Origin: Candidatus Latescibacterota bacterium | Lineage (GTDB): Bacteria > Latescibacterota > UBA2968 > SICM01 | Length of the DNA stretch: 64,000 nucleotides | NCBI GenBank assembly: GCA_965217865.1 | Contig: CBDCJO010000002.1 | Coordinates: 3,296,001 to 3,360,000 of the forward strand | Reading direction: 5' to 3' | In this document: piece after piece, positions 20,875 through 33,059 of the stretch | Numbering within the stretch: the stretch's first letter is position 1 | Layout: every line of letters begins with the position of its first letter | Made by a program: the position numbers and the translations under genes | The notes under the pieces: generated by a model | What the model was told of the DNA's origin: nothing | What the model saw: the letters and a program-made list of their open reading frames with translations, nothing else | Databases searched by the model: none

Positions 20875-21139
20875 GGTCAGCGACTACCTCAGAACGCCCG
20901 AGGACGCCGCCGCCTATCTGAACGCGGCGGTCGAGGAAATGGGCGACGATCCGCGCTTGCTCATGAAGGCGTTTCGCAACGTTGCCGAAGCGCGGGGTGG
21001 CGTGTCCGCGCTTGCGCGCCAAGCCAAGCTGGATCGAGTGGCCCTCTCCCGGGCTCTGTCTGGCCGACGAAATCCACGACTCGATACGCTCGCGAAAGTG
21101 TCCGCCGCTTGCGGTATAAAACTCCGTTTCTCGGCGTAA
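20855..21139 (+). CDS. Addiction module antidote (HI1420-like HTH)
   Basis: 'DYLRTPEDAAAYLNAA...VAEARGGVSALAR...LSGRRNPRLDTL'. Confidence 0.9.
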   Translation: MPVREHKVSDYLRTPEDAAAYLNAAVEEMGDDPRLLMKAFRNVAEARGGVSALARQAKLDRVALSRALSGRRNPRLDTLAKVSAACGIKLRFSA

Positions 21140-21233
21140 GGCTAATTATCAGAAGTCATATGAGGGTTCGTCAAACTGGGCCGATCCACATGGATTTCCT
21201 GCCGTACGGGGAAGGGTCTGCCTCACCTACAAA

Positions 21234-22004
21234 ATGCCCATCGGAGTCTGGGTAAACGAGACGGCTTGGTGTCATCGAGTCACCCACGGAGTCGTATGTA
21301 TGCTTGAAGAATACGAGCGGATCGACAATATCAAACTGATTCGGAACAACCTTCGACACATTGACTGTGAGCTTGTTTCGAACAAACCAGTCCTTATGCG
21401 GGTGGCAAAGGAGTGCCATCAATTGTTCTCGCGTATGATGGTTGAAGCTCTCCGCGGGACTGCGAACCTCGGCATCACGGGGAGGCCGCCCACAAAGACC
21501 AGGGAATATTGGTACCAGAAGAGCGCCGATCCTTGGAAGGCAATTCAGAAAGAGAATATCGATGGATGTAGCGAGGCCTGGAGGTATTCTGAGCCAGTTC
21601 TTGGTTTGCCTCCATGTTCTACAGAACGGGAAGGCGCGAGCTTGTCGCCTCCAGACGACTATCTCCGCGGCTTCTATGACCTCTTGGCGATGATCCAGGC
21701 ACCCTGCTTCATGCTTCAATACACTCACAGCGCAGTTGTTTCCGTCTCGGACACTGAGATGCAATTACTTGAATGGCTCCACGAGAAGATCCGAAACGAC
21801 TTCGAGCACTTCATGCCAAAGATCCTACGCGTATCCTCCACTGATTGTCTGCGTGTGTCCGAGATCTGTTTGCGGCTTACGATCAATCTCCTGACGAAGT
21901 CCAATAACATCACGCCGTATGGAATCGACGATCTCCACACCGAGCTTCGTTCAGCCCTTGTTTCTGTTGTGGCTTTACAGCCTAGGCCTAAAATAAGCGA
22001 ATAG
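21234..22004 (+). CDS. Hypothetical protein
   Basis: 256-aa ORF, lower GC; a likely start is Met at ~21300; no recognised motif. Confidence 0.55.
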   Translation: MPIGVWVNETAWCHRVTHGVVCMLEEYERIDNIKLIRNNLRHIDCELVSNKPVLMRVAKECHQLFSRMMVEALRGTANLGITGRPPTKTREYWYQKSADPWKAIQKENIDGCSEAWRYSEPVLGLPPCSTEREGASLSPPDDYLRGFYDLLAMIQAPCFMLQYTHSAVVSVSDTEMQLLEWLHEKIRNDFEHFMPKILRVSSTDCLRVSEICLRLTINLLTKSNNITPYGIDDLHTELRSALVSVVALQPRPKISE

Positions 22005-22196
22005 GCTTGTTGAGCGGTGTGTTATACAAGATTTCGGAGCATTTCAGACTTGTGACTTGGTGGAGATGATGTCTGGGCTGTTTTTGTGATTGTTCCGGCA
22101 TGCGATTGTCTAATTAACTGAGTTTGCGGACGTGTTCTAGCCGGGGTGGACGGACTTGTCCCTGTGATGTTACGACGACAGGTGCTGACATGGCAG

Positions 22197-22430
22197 TCAG
22201 GCCGGTTTGAGCCATCTAATTCTGTTCCAGGCCGGGAAGAAGTCAGTCATCCACCGGTTGTAGCCCAAGACACGATAGATGATCTGTCTTCCCCGGGTCA
22301 CGATCTGGCAAGGGATCCAGATCAGATTCTGGAGGAAGGCGCGAAACTCCATTCTCAGAAGTTGATCGCGACGCTCACGCTTTCGGATCATCAACGCGAA
22401 CCAGGCTTTGAGGTTCCACGCCAACTCACG
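22197..22430 (-). pseudogene. IS1380-family transposase C-terminal fragment
   Basis: 'LAWNLKAWFALM...RMEFRAFLQNLIWIPCQIV..GRQIIYRVLGYNRW'. Confidence 0.75.
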
Positions 22431-23548
22431 GAGGCAGAAGTGGAGAAGGTGATCAAATCGGCGCAAGAGGTTCTGCGATGAGCCAGGGGCGGATCCGACA
22501 AACGGATCTGTTTGTCGGAGGGACGGAAGGGTATCACACGCACAGGATCCCGGCGATGACGGTGACGACGAAGGGGACGATTCTGGCTTTTTGTGAGGGC
22601 CGGAAATACACGGTGAGCGATACGGGTAAGATCGACATCATTTTGAAGCGGAGTTTCGACAACGGGGAAACCTGGGGAGAGGCACAGATCGTGGTGGAGG
22701 AGGGGGAGGACATGACGTGCGGCAATCCGTGTCCCGTGGTGGACCGGAAGGACGGTGCGATCTGGCTTCCCTTCTGCAAGAACAGGGCGGATGGCCCCGA
22801 GGAGCTTATCGTCGAAGGCAAGGCACCGCGCACGGTCTGGATCACCCGGAGCACGGACGATGGGGCCACCTGGTCCGACCCGATTGAGATCACCGGGGAC
22901 GTGAAAAAAACCGAGTGGACGTGGTATGCCACAGGCCCGTGCCACGGGATTCAGCTGAAAAACCACCGCTTGTTGATCCCCTGCGATCACCAGGTGGGGG
23001 TGAACTTCAACAGCAGCGACCCTTATCACGCTCACGTGATCTACAGCGATGACCACGGCGCCAGCTGGCGAATCGGGGGAATGTCCGATGAGGGTATGAA
23101 TGAGTGCGCCGCAGTAGAGACCGACGACGGGGCCATCTACCTCAACTGCCGGAACTACAGAAGGCACAGGAGACGGGCTTACGCCTGGAGCCGTGATCAC
23201 GGGGATTCCTTTCTTGAAACGGGATGGGACGACGCCCTGTTCGAGCCGATTTGCCAGGGCAGTCTCGTGCGGTATACCGACCGGGAGAGCGATGATAAGA
23301 ATCGGATCCTTTTTTCGAACCCGGCGAGTATTCAGGAGACGGCGGCCGCCGAATCGGCTTTGAGCGACGAGGTGCGGCTCACGAAGTCTCCGAGAACAAA
23401 TCTGACGGTCAGGGGCAGTTATGACGAATGCCGGACATGTACCGCCTCGAGGCTGCTGAACGGTGGGCCGTCCGCGTATTCGGACCTTGCGATCGCCCCG
23501 GACATGACGATCTGTTGTCTCTACGAACGCGGGGCAATAAAGCCCTAT

Positions 23549-25074
23549 CAGCCCGTTGAAGAACTACCTTTCAACGCACATAAACGGAAAAGACGCCTGG
23601 AGTGCGGGTCAGATAAATCAAGGTAAGGAGATTGAGCAGGAGACGCTGATAAGAGGTTAAAAAGGTAACCGAGGGCAGCAAACGTGATTGTAGGACGAGC
23701 AGTAGACGCTGCAAGGCCTTGGCCAGGTCCTGGAGGGCCTTCGGAGTACCTACGCCCATCACTTTGCGCATGAGCAGAGCCAGGTTGCAGCCCCCGATGT
23801 GGATCAGCAAACGCTTGAGGATATTGCCGCGGTCTCTCAAGTGCAACCTGCGCATGCCACCGGTATCATATGTGTGAGCGATGGTTCTTTCCACCCGTTC
23901 TGCACGACTTCGGCGCAAGGCCTTGCCGCGATCTCCCTTGATCCGGCGTCGATTCGCATATACCGCGGCCTGCTCATCTCGTCGGCCGTTCCACTTGCGG
24001 CGTCCCCGATCCGGTTCTGAAATGTAACTCCGGATGCCGCCTTGCTTCAGACTGGTCAATACATCGTTGCTATGATATCCTTTGTCCGCAACCACCTCCC
24101 GTATACGCTGTCTGTGCAAACGTTTGGCAGCTTTTTCGTCCTTCGCGACCTGCTTGAGATTGAGCTGCGCCTCGAGCAGCGTCCAGGGCAACGACTCGGT
24201 ATCTCCTTCATCTGCTCCCGACAACGCCACTGCCACAATGGCATTGGTGTCCAGATCCACCGCGTGCTCCACCTTGTGCGCCATGTGCGTGCGACCGTCC
24301 TTCATCTTAGCGATCTTGGCATCCGGGTCGTGCGGGTGCTCCCAGTCCTGGTTCGATCCCTTCTTCGGTCGCTTCTTATCGATCTTGGACAAGTCCTCGC
24401 GGGTAGGCGTTTCAATGCCCGAGGCCTTGGCCAGATTCTCAAGGAATGCCTGGTAGCCTTCACCCGTGTCACGGCGTACAATGCTGCGCATCGCGGCGTT
24501 GGCCTCCAGTGTCGTAGCATCCACGCCCAACGTCTTCCCCTTCACCAGACCCGCTTTGCACAAGACCCTCAGGATCCACTTGAAAACCGCTTCGTGAACT
24601 TCCAAGGGAAGCCGATGCCGGATGCGAGACAGGCTGGAATGATCCGGGGTCTGTTCGTCAAGGGCATACCCCAAAAACCGGCGCAACGTCAGCGAGTCAG
24701 ATACACGCCATTCGATCCCACGTTCCGAATCAAGTCCCTCGAAATACCCAATCAAAAGCATCCGAAAATAAACCCCGGGCGGAATGCCCTTGCGACCCAT
24801 ATGAGGAGCGTAATACCGCTGGCAAAGCCCCTCGACGAACTCGTCGAAGCCGTTCGCCCCCAATACCTGATTCAGCTTCTCGTAGAACGGATGACCCGGA
24901 GATTTCACCAAAGTGTTCGATGCGATGAACAGGTTTTCCTGTCTCTGTCGTCCTCGTTTTCCCATTGCCATTTGCTCGTCCTCCCTTCTCAGTTTGAACC
25001 TGATATATCATAGGACCAAACCACAAGGAAAGACAACAGTCATCTTGGCATAAACGCACTTTTTCAACAGGCTG
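23549..25074 (-). mobile_element. IS5/IS1182-like insertion sequence, copy 1 (1526 bp)
   Basis: TIRs CAGCC(C/T)GTTGAA; 4-bp target duplication CTAT (23545-48 and 25075-78). Confidence 0.92.
23571..24971 (-). CDS. DDE transposase (DUF772-type N-terminus)
   Basis: 'TPDHSSLSRIR', 'GVDATTLEANA', 'VADKGY', 'VERTIAH'. Confidence 0.92.
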   Translation of the reverse strand: MAMGKRGRQRQENLFIASNTLVKSPGHPFYEKLNQVLGANGFDEFVEGLCQRYYAPHMGRKGIPPGVYFRMLLIGYFEGLDSERGIEWRVSDSLTLRRFLGYALDEQTPDHSSLSRIRHRLPLEVHEAVFKWILRVLCKAGLVKGKTLGVDATTLEANAAMRSIVRRDTGEGYQAFLENLAKASGIETPTREDLSKIDKKRPKKGSNQDWEHPHDPDAKIAKMKDGRTHMAHKVEHAVDLDTNAIVAVALSGADEGDTESLPWTLLEAQLNLKQVAKDEKAAKRLHRQRIREVVADKGYHSNDVLTSLKQGGIRSYISEPDRGRRKWNGRRDEQAAVYANRRRIKGDRGKALRRSRAERVERTIAHTYDTGGMRRLHLRDRGNILKRLLIHIGGCNLALLMRKVMGVGTPKALQDLAKALQRLLLVLQSRLLPSVTFLTSYQRLLLNLLTLIYLTRTPGVFSVYVR

Positions 25075-25238
25075 CTATGACAAGATTACCTTCGCACAAT
25101 TCGACCTGGAATGGCTCACCCACGGAGCGGATCGTTTACCCCAATGAATCGTGGGGATTCAGCAAATAAACAGGTGTCGTTTGCGGTCCAAGACCATCCC
25201 GGCCTAACCTTCAACCCGGATTGAGATAAGGAGAATCC

Positions 25239-26453
25239 ATGGGAAAGTCATACACCGTCCGCGCAGCGCACTGCGATCATCTTGCCCCAGACGCAGAGAT
25301 TTATCAGACTCTGCGGAGGGTCACCGACCCGCTTTCCCGGACCTGGAGCAAGATCGAGAAAGCGAAGAAGGTGGTCATCAAGTTCAATATGATGATGCCG
25401 CCCCACAGGGTCATCATGTTTAAAGGACGGCGAAGGGAGCTGGTGGACGATGCCGTCTGCCGCGCTACGCTGCGCCTCCTGAAAGAGCATACCACGGCGG
25501 AGCTGGTGGCGACGGATACGGATGTCTATTCGAAGGAAAAACTGATGGGGACCGACTTCAACTATGCCCATCACCTGAAGGCGTTCGGGGTCAAGTTTGT
25601 GGATTCCAACGCGCCGCCTTATGAAACCTTCCGGGTTCCTGGAGGGGGATCTATTTTCGATCAGTATAATTTGAACGCTTGCTTCGCGGAGGCGGATGCG
25701 GTCGTGTCGGTCGTCAAAATGAAAAGCCACGGCTTTATGGGCCTTACGCTCTGCATGAAGAATCTGTTCGGGTTGACGCCAATCTCGCCGCCTGCCGGCC
25801 GTGTCCGGAAATATTTCCACCACATTATCCGCCTTCCCTATGTCTTGCCGGACCTGGGGTTGATCACCCAGCCGTGCCTCAATATCATCGACGCGTTGAC
25901 CGGCCAGACGCACCGGGAATGGGACGGGAGAGGTCGGATCTGCAATGCGTTGATCGCCGGGGACCAGGTGACGGCAACGGACGCGTGCGGGGCACACCTG
26001 ATGGGGCATGATCCCACGACGGACTGGCCCACGCCTCCCTTCCGGAGAGACCGCAACCATTTGTTGATCGCAGCCAAGCGGGGTTTCGGAACCGTGGACC
26101 TGAATGAGATCGACTTCGAGAGTGAAGTTAGGGCCCCCCTGGCGGAGTTCGATTCCGCGAAGACCGATCCGCCTGAGACGGTTTTGAGCTGGCGGAAGAC
26201 GACCTGCGAACAGGCCTTGTTCTATCTGGATCAGAAAAAGGATATCGTAGATCGATTCCGGGGGGAGTTCGTCTTCCTTCAGGATGGAAAGGTTGTCTGG
26301 AGCGGGGACAATCCGTACCGGCTTCCCAGCAGAAGGCAATTGTGCGGAGATCACAAGGAGAAGGCCCTCTGGCTGAAACTCGTGGACCCGGATGAAGTGG
26401 AAGGGGAACAGTATCAAGTCTACGATCAGTGCCTGGGCGGGATGGCAGCGTAA
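25239..26453 (+). CDS. DUF362-domain protein
   Basis: 'VVIKFN', 'VVSVVKMKSHGFMGLTLCMKNLFG', 'LNIIDALTG', 'DQVTATDA'; AGGAG RBS. Confidence 0.85.
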   Translation: MGKSYTVRAAHCDHLAPDAEIYQTLRRVTDPLSRTWSKIEKAKKVVIKFNMMMPPHRVIMFKGRRRELVDDAVCRATLRLLKEHTTAELVATDTDVYSKEKLMGTDFNYAHHLKAFGVKFVDSNAPPYETFRVPGGGSIFDQYNLNACFAEADAVVSVVKMKSHGFMGLTLCMKNLFGLTPISPPAGRVRKYFHHIIRLPYVLPDLGLITQPCLNIIDALTGQTHREWDGRGRICNALIAGDQVTATDACGAHLMGHDPTTDWPTPPFRRDRNHLLIAAKRGFGTVDLNEIDFESEVRAPLAEFDSAKTDPPETVLSWRKTTCEQALFYLDQKKDIVDRFRGEFVFLQDGKVVWSGDNPYRLPSRRQLCGDHKEKALWLKLVDPDEVEGEQYQVYDQCLGGMAA

Positions 26454-26465
26454 GGGAGGGGAAAG

Positions 26466-26560
26466 TGAAGATTGAATATTGAATATCGAAGAGATCCATA
26501 TAGCAACAAGAAAGTCCTGAGGTTTTCAAATATTCAATTCTACGATATTCAATCTTCAAT
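26466..26560. repeat. Inverted array of 7-mer-like repeats (GATTGAA/TATTGAA ... TTCAAT)
   Basis: 'gattgaatattgaatatcgaa' mirrored by 'tattcaattc...gatattcaatcttcaat'. Confidence 0.6.
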
Positions 26561-26575
26561 GATTCGAGGAGATCC

Positions 26576-27095
26576 GTGAAGACGATTATCGTCGTGGCGA
26601 TAAGTTCCAACGGGATCATCGGGGATCGAGGCGGGCGCCCCTGGCATTATACGCAGGATATGAAGCGGTTTAGGAGACTCACGATGGGCCATCCGGTAGT
26701 GATGGGGCGAAAAACCTTCGAAAATGACGTCAAGAAGCCTCTAAAAGGACAGCCGAACATTGTGTTGACCAGGAATTCGGACTACGGGGCCCCCGGACGG
26801 GGTGAAGGTATGCTCAAGCCTGGAAGAGGCAGAGGCGACTTGTGAGGGGATGGGGGCGGAAAAGATGTTCGTAATTGGGGGCGCGGAGATCTACGAGCTC
26901 GCTCTTCCGGAAACCGACGAAATGGAGGTCACCTATATCCCTGAGGAGGTCCGGGGAGACACGGTTTTTTCGGAATGGGACCCATCCGAATGGGAGGCTG
27001 TGGAATCCCGGGAGTCTGAGGAGGGGCTTCGCTTTGTGACTTACAGGCGAGGCCAGGGAGGGAGGGAAAATGAAAAATGCAAAATGCAAAATTGA
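26576..27095 (+). pseudogene. folA: Dihydrofolate reductase with a single frameshift at a G/C run (~26790); possibly a sequencing error
   Basis: 'NGIIG...PWH...DMKRFRRLTMGHPVVMGRKTFE' then 'FVIGGAEIYE...GDTVF' in another frame. Confidence 0.85.
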
Positions 27096-27266
27096 AAATG
27101 CAAAAGTCAGGGGCCAGGGAATGCAAATTTAAGGACTGGCCGCCGCTGAGCGAAGTAAGCCCGCGATAGGAGAAAGACAGAAAGTCGGACCGTCAGGTGC
27201 CGGCTTTTTCCTTAAGTAGGGGGGGATTGCAAGTGCAAGTTGCAAAGTGAAAAATGCAAAATTGAA
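27066..27266 (+). repeat. Short tandem 7-mer repeats (AAAATGC/AAAATTG)
   Basis: 'aaaatgaaaaatgcaaaatgcaaaattgaaaatgcaaaag' and 'ttgcaagtgcaagttgcaaagtgaaaaatgcaaaattg'. Confidence 0.7.
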
Positions 27267-27624
27267 AGGCTCTCAGCCTTTGGGAGTCGCCAAAGAGATT
27301 TTGGTAGGAGCCGCCTCCCGGTGGCGGAAGCCGGTGGATCGTGATTCGGTGATCGGGAACTCCGGATTTCAAGATTTCAAAACGAACACTGCGGAAAATA
27401 TATGAGAATTGGCGTATCCGGTCAACTCTTGAATCCCGTGTAGCCAATGAATCCGTTTCAAAGCCCGCTATGTGTTTCTGGGGACTGTGCCGGATACGAT
27501 TCCGGGCTCCAGGCGCACGGCCGCTTCCGCTGTCCGGTGAGCTGTCGTAAGCTGGTGACCGGACCTACCGGTCCGGCTTCCGGTGAATACTTGCCGGAGG
27601 AACCTTCCGAAACGTCGAAAGGAC

Positions 27625-27970
27625 GCAACCGGGCTGTTAAACAAGGCCGACGCGAAAAACAGAGAATCGGAGAATCCGGAAGAGATATCTCTGCTCAAGC
27701 GGACGCAACCCCACGGTTGCGCTCGAACACCGGGGGAACGCTTCGAGACAGAGAACCGGCAGAGAGGGGGGAAGATGGCCCAAGCGTTTGTGAATACGGC
27801 AGAAACGACAAGACCCTGAGGGGTTGCCCCACGGGGTCTTGCGTTAACGGACGACCGCCGAAGTTGGCGGATTGGAATCTGGCTCCCCATATGATCCTTT
27901 CCCCGGAACCATTCTCTGTTCGTCAGACGTAACATGCCGTATTGAAAGGATATATCGTAATTACGCCCGC
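27625..27970 (+). repeat. Long copy of repeat R1 (~350 bp), paralog of ~47690-48037
   Basis: Shared sequence with two hairpins (caagaccc...gggtcttg; ccgccgaagttggcgg) and the R1 core. Confidence 0.88.
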
Positions 27971-28441
27971 ACCGTCGAGGCGGAAACCATATGAAGGACC
28001 GGTACAACCTGGAATGGAGGGCGAAGGCCGAGAAAATGGAACACATGAGAAAGTGGAACAGCCTGGCCGAAGCCGTCCGCCTGGTCAACGGCGCCGGGAT
28101 CCCCTCGGCCTTCGCTCTGGAAGGCGCACACACCGACAGGAATGGGCACGGTATAATCATCTCCGACTCCGGGGGGTGGGTTGTTGGGGTGCGCCTTCGG
28201 GCGATCGGGCCTTAGGAGCCGTTTTTGGGATTCGAATTTCCCCAGCTGGGGGGAATTTGCAGTCTGGACCTCGAGGCAGGATTTTCCCGGGACCTTCACC
28301 GGTCGTAACTGCCTTCGACTGAACACAAAAATCGCACCCGTGGGGGGTGCGATTCGTGGTTGTCTCGGGTTTTAGATCTCCGCTAGCCGAGTATCTCGCG
28401 AACCCGAGCTAACGCCTTTTGGTCTTCGTCACAAGTGTTCT

Positions 28442-28775
28442 TTACGCAGGAGTCGCTCTTGGGGGGGGGTCAACCCGTGGCACCGTGGCATCCTTTTGTT
28501 TACGAGGGATTGCGCGATCTTCAACCCGTGGCACCGTACCATCCATGCCACGGGTTGAAACACTCACAACTTCTTGTTTTTCAACACTTGACACGGTGCC
28601 ACGGGTTGAGGGGGGGGATATGTGCGCGTTCGGCTCGGAAACATCGTCTGAGTCGTCCTCCAGGTAGCTATCCCATGCAGAGAAGAACGCCTTCCACCGA
28701 TAGCCATTTCCTTTTTCCTGTTCAACCCTTAAAGTCTCCGTTCGAATCTCGTATTTATTCAAGAGCCTTCCCCGT
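28442..28775 (-). pseudogene. DUF3631-like (satellite/plasmid primase-associated) C-terminal fragment
   Basis: 'RLLNKYEIRTETLRV...GNGYRWKAFFSAWDSYL'. Confidence 0.6.
28470..28609. repeat. Four iteron-like repeats TCAACCCGTGGCACCGT (2 direct, 2 inverted)
   Basis: 28470-86 and 28521-37 forward; 28546-58 (partial) and 28593-609 reverse. Confidence 0.85.
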
Positions 28776-29004
28776 GCCGTGGATGAGATTCCCTTCCCGT
28801 TCTTTGCTCCGTCGGCGTTTGTTTCTTCATTTTCCGATCAGCCGGAACATGGGCCTTCGCGAGTTCCTCTGGATCGGACGGCATGCGCTTCCGCCCGCGC
28901 TTGTTTTCCCGTTTCTCTTTCATCGTGCTCCCCCTTCTTCACGAGCATGAATGGATGCGGAACTTTGCCTCAAAGGTGCCGCAATCCCGATGGGCCGACA
29001 TCAA

Positions 29005-29467
29005 GCCGTTTCTGTTGATAATCCGCGACGTCCCAGACCTGGAAGCCGGACAGAACGTTGTGAAGGCGTTCCTGTCCAGGTTCAGCAAGGAATACCCGAG
29101 CCTGTGCAAGTTGTCTCCGAGGATCCGGATGCTTTCCTGGCTTACCTTCACTTGCCCTGGCGACTCAGGAAATACGTGCGCACGACCAACCTCATCGAAC
29201 GCAGCTTCGCCGAGGAGCGACGCAGAACCAAAACGCTCCCTCGCTTCTTCACGGAGAAGAACTGCCTGAAACTCGTTCACGCCGTTCTCATTCGCGCAGC
29301 ATCCCGATGGCAGAACATCAACATCACGTCCATTGAACTCCTCCAGCTTGGAGCTGCTCTATGAGGAACGACAGATCGCACCACCAGTTGAACTGGTAGC
29401 CGTTGCGTGAACCTCACAGGACCTCCGATTCACACCATCCATTTTGCAGGACGCTTAGGACTTGACC
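29005..29467 (+). mobile_element. IS256-family 3' remnant with terminal repeat
   Basis: 'VRTTNLIERSFAEERRRTK'; ends TTTTGCAGGACGCTTAGGACTTGACC; paralog at 51153-51605. Confidence 0.85.
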
Positions 29468-29620
29468 ACCGAAGGCTTCTGGAGTTTCTCCAAAAATCGG
29501 CTATATCAATACAGGAGGAATCCTTCGACACGGACAATTCGCGCCGTATGGCGAGGTTCGCCAGGAGGACCCGGTTGTGCAATCCCCGTTACTCGCGGGA
29601 CGATCTTCCCGAACAGGAGT

Positions 29621-31065
<1,445 letters not shown>

Positions 31066-31230
31066 TCGAGGGCTCCGAGCTTGAGCTCCAGCGGGCAGAA
31101 GATGTCGTTGTAGTCATAGAGGTCCCACCGCAGTTTCGCCGGTCCCCATTAACGAACAGCCAGTGAACCGACCACAACGGGCTCCGCTGTCACGGCCCCT
31201 GCCGCTGTCGGGTGATCAGCCGGACCCCCG

Positions 31231-31934
31231 TGGAGTTGCTTGCCCCCGGTGAGGTGGTCCTGGGAAACCGGACAGTGGGTTAAGGTGTATTCCTAGGGCT
31301 GACGGAGGGAAATGAGATGAAGAAGAGGCGTCGGTGATCGCGATGGGCAGGTGGCTGCTGACCTGGTCAATCGAGATTTCACGGCTAACGGGCCTGATCA
31401 GCTCTGGGTAGCCGACATCACTTACATCAGTACGTGGGCCGGCTTCCTGTATCTCGCGGTCGTTGTGGACGCCTGGAGCCGCCGCGTCGTTGGCTGGGCG
31501 ATGGCGACCCATCTGCGCGCCGAGCTGGTGCTCGAGGTGTTGAATATGGCGCTCTGGCAACGACAGCCGGAAGCCGTCATCCATCACTCCGGCCAGGGAT
31601 GTCAGTACACCTCCATTGCCTTCGGTCTACGGTGCCGCAAGGCCGGTGTCCGGCCCTCTATGGGTTCCACCGGTGATTGCTACGACAACGCGTTATGCGA
31701 GAGATTCTTCGCCACGCTTGAATGCGAACGCCTGGATCGCCGAAACTACCGCACACAGGCCGAAGCCCGGATGTCCGTATTTCAATACGTCGAGGGCTGG
31801 TACAACCTCCATCGGCGACACTCAGCACTCGGATATCTCTCTCCAATGAACTTCGAGAAGACCTCCAGCGATGTCGCCCTTGCAGCCGACTGAATCGCAA
31901 CTGATAAACCGTCCGCTAAACCGGGGTAACTCCA
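31231..31934 (+). mobile_element. IS3-family remnant (integrase core 31351-31893)
   Basis: 'PDQLWVADITYI', 'IHHS.QG.QY', 'YDNALCERFF'; ends TGGAGTT... and ...GGGGTAACTCCA. Confidence 0.85.
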
Positions 31935-32075
31935 ACGGGGAATTTTTGTTTGATTTCAACCTGTTGAGGGCGTATATTGTTCCGAAGTCCCGGGTGATCT
32001 CGACGATTTTGCGTAGATTTTTCGTCATTGATTCACCAGATCGGTTCAATCAACGGGAAAAGGAGAGTGCTTTTT

Positions 32076-33059
32076 ATGGCCGATAATATGCCTTTCGATT
32101 TAAGAGATTTCAAGCCGCCGAACATTCAAGCCCGGACGTTTGTTTGGATTGTGCTGGGAATCCTGATCCTGATCCTTTTGTTTTCTTCCTGGTTCACTGT
32201 GGACCCTGAAGAGGTGGGCGTGGTTCTGCGTTTCGGAGAGTATGTCCGTCTGGAGGAGCCCGGTTTACATATCAAAATCCCCTTCGGCGTCGAAACCGTT
32301 ACCAAAGTTCCGGTTGAGCGGCAATTAAAGGAGGAATTTGGATTTCGGACCCGGCTTGCGCAGATTCAAACCCAGTATTCTTCCCACCGGAGTTATCAGG
32401 AAGAGTCATTGATGTTGACGGGAGACCTGAATGCGGCGCAGGTGGAATGGATTGTTCAGTATCGCATCAAAGACCCGTATAAATATTTGTTCCGGGTCAG
32501 GAGCGCACGCAAGACTTTCCGCGACATCAACGAGGCGGTTATGCGTGAAGTGGTCGGAGACCGCACCGTGAATGAGGTGTTGACGATCGGTCGTCAGGAT
32601 ATCGAACACGCCGTTTCCGTGAATCTGCAGGCCCTGTGCGACCAGTACGACACGGGAATCAAAGTGGACCAGGTGGTCCTTCAGGACGTGAATCCTCCCG
32701 ATGCGGTGAAGCCCGCGTTCAATGAGGTGAACGAAGCGCAACAGGAGCGCGAGAAATTGATCAACCAGGCGCGCTCGGCATACAATCAGGTGATTCCCAA
32801 GGCCCGGGGCGAGGCCGCCCGGACAATCGAAGCGTCCCGGGGGTATGCACTGGAGCGGGTCAACAAAGCCCGAGGGGAAGCGTCCAAATTCAACTCCGTA
32901 TTCAAGGAGTATATGCGGGCCAAAGAGGTCACCCGGCAGCGAATTTACCTGGAGACGATGAATAAAGTCATGCAAAATGTCGGTCGAAAATTGATTACGG
33001 ACGAAAAGGCATCGGGGATTCTCCCTCTGTTCCAGTTCCAAAAGGAGGAAAGAAGATGA
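32076..33059 (+). CDS. hflK: FtsH protease modulator HflK
   Basis: N-terminal TM, 'GVVLRFGEY', 'MLTGDLN', 'LQDVNPPDAVKPAFNEVNEAQQ', 'VTRQRIYLETM'. Confidence 0.95.
   Translation: MADNMPFDLRDFKPPNIQARTFVWIVLGILILILLFSSWFTVDPEEVGVVLRFGEYVRLEEPGLHIKIPFGVETVTKVPVERQLKEEFGFRTRLAQIQTQYSSHRSYQEESLMLTGDLNAAQVEWIVQYRIKDPYKYLFRVRSARKTFRDINEAVMREVVGDRTVNEVLTIGRQDIEHAVSVNLQALCDQYDTGIKVDQVVLQDVNPPDAVKPAFNEVNEAQQEREKLINQARSAYNQVIPKARGEAARTIEASRGYALERVNKARGEASKFNSVFKEYMRAKEVTRQRIYLETMNKVMQNVGRKLITDEKASGILPLFQFQKEERR

Larger units (their letters stand above)
22478..25147 (+). pseudogene. Exo-alpha-sialidase (GH33) interrupted near its 3' end by an IS
   Basis: 'HRIP' motif and Asp boxes (SFDNGETW, STDDGATW, SDDHGASW); frame resumes after the IS as 'YDKITFAQFDLEWLT...*'. 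Confidence 0.9.

Noticed and set aside
27880-27950. tRNA gene at the R1 core
   Set aside because: Only a 9-nt match to a tRNA-like 3' end; no cloverleaf or correctly placed T-loop.
28470-28609. Repeats as a mini-CRISPR
   Set aside because: Only 17 bp, in mixed orientations, and inside a coding remnant.
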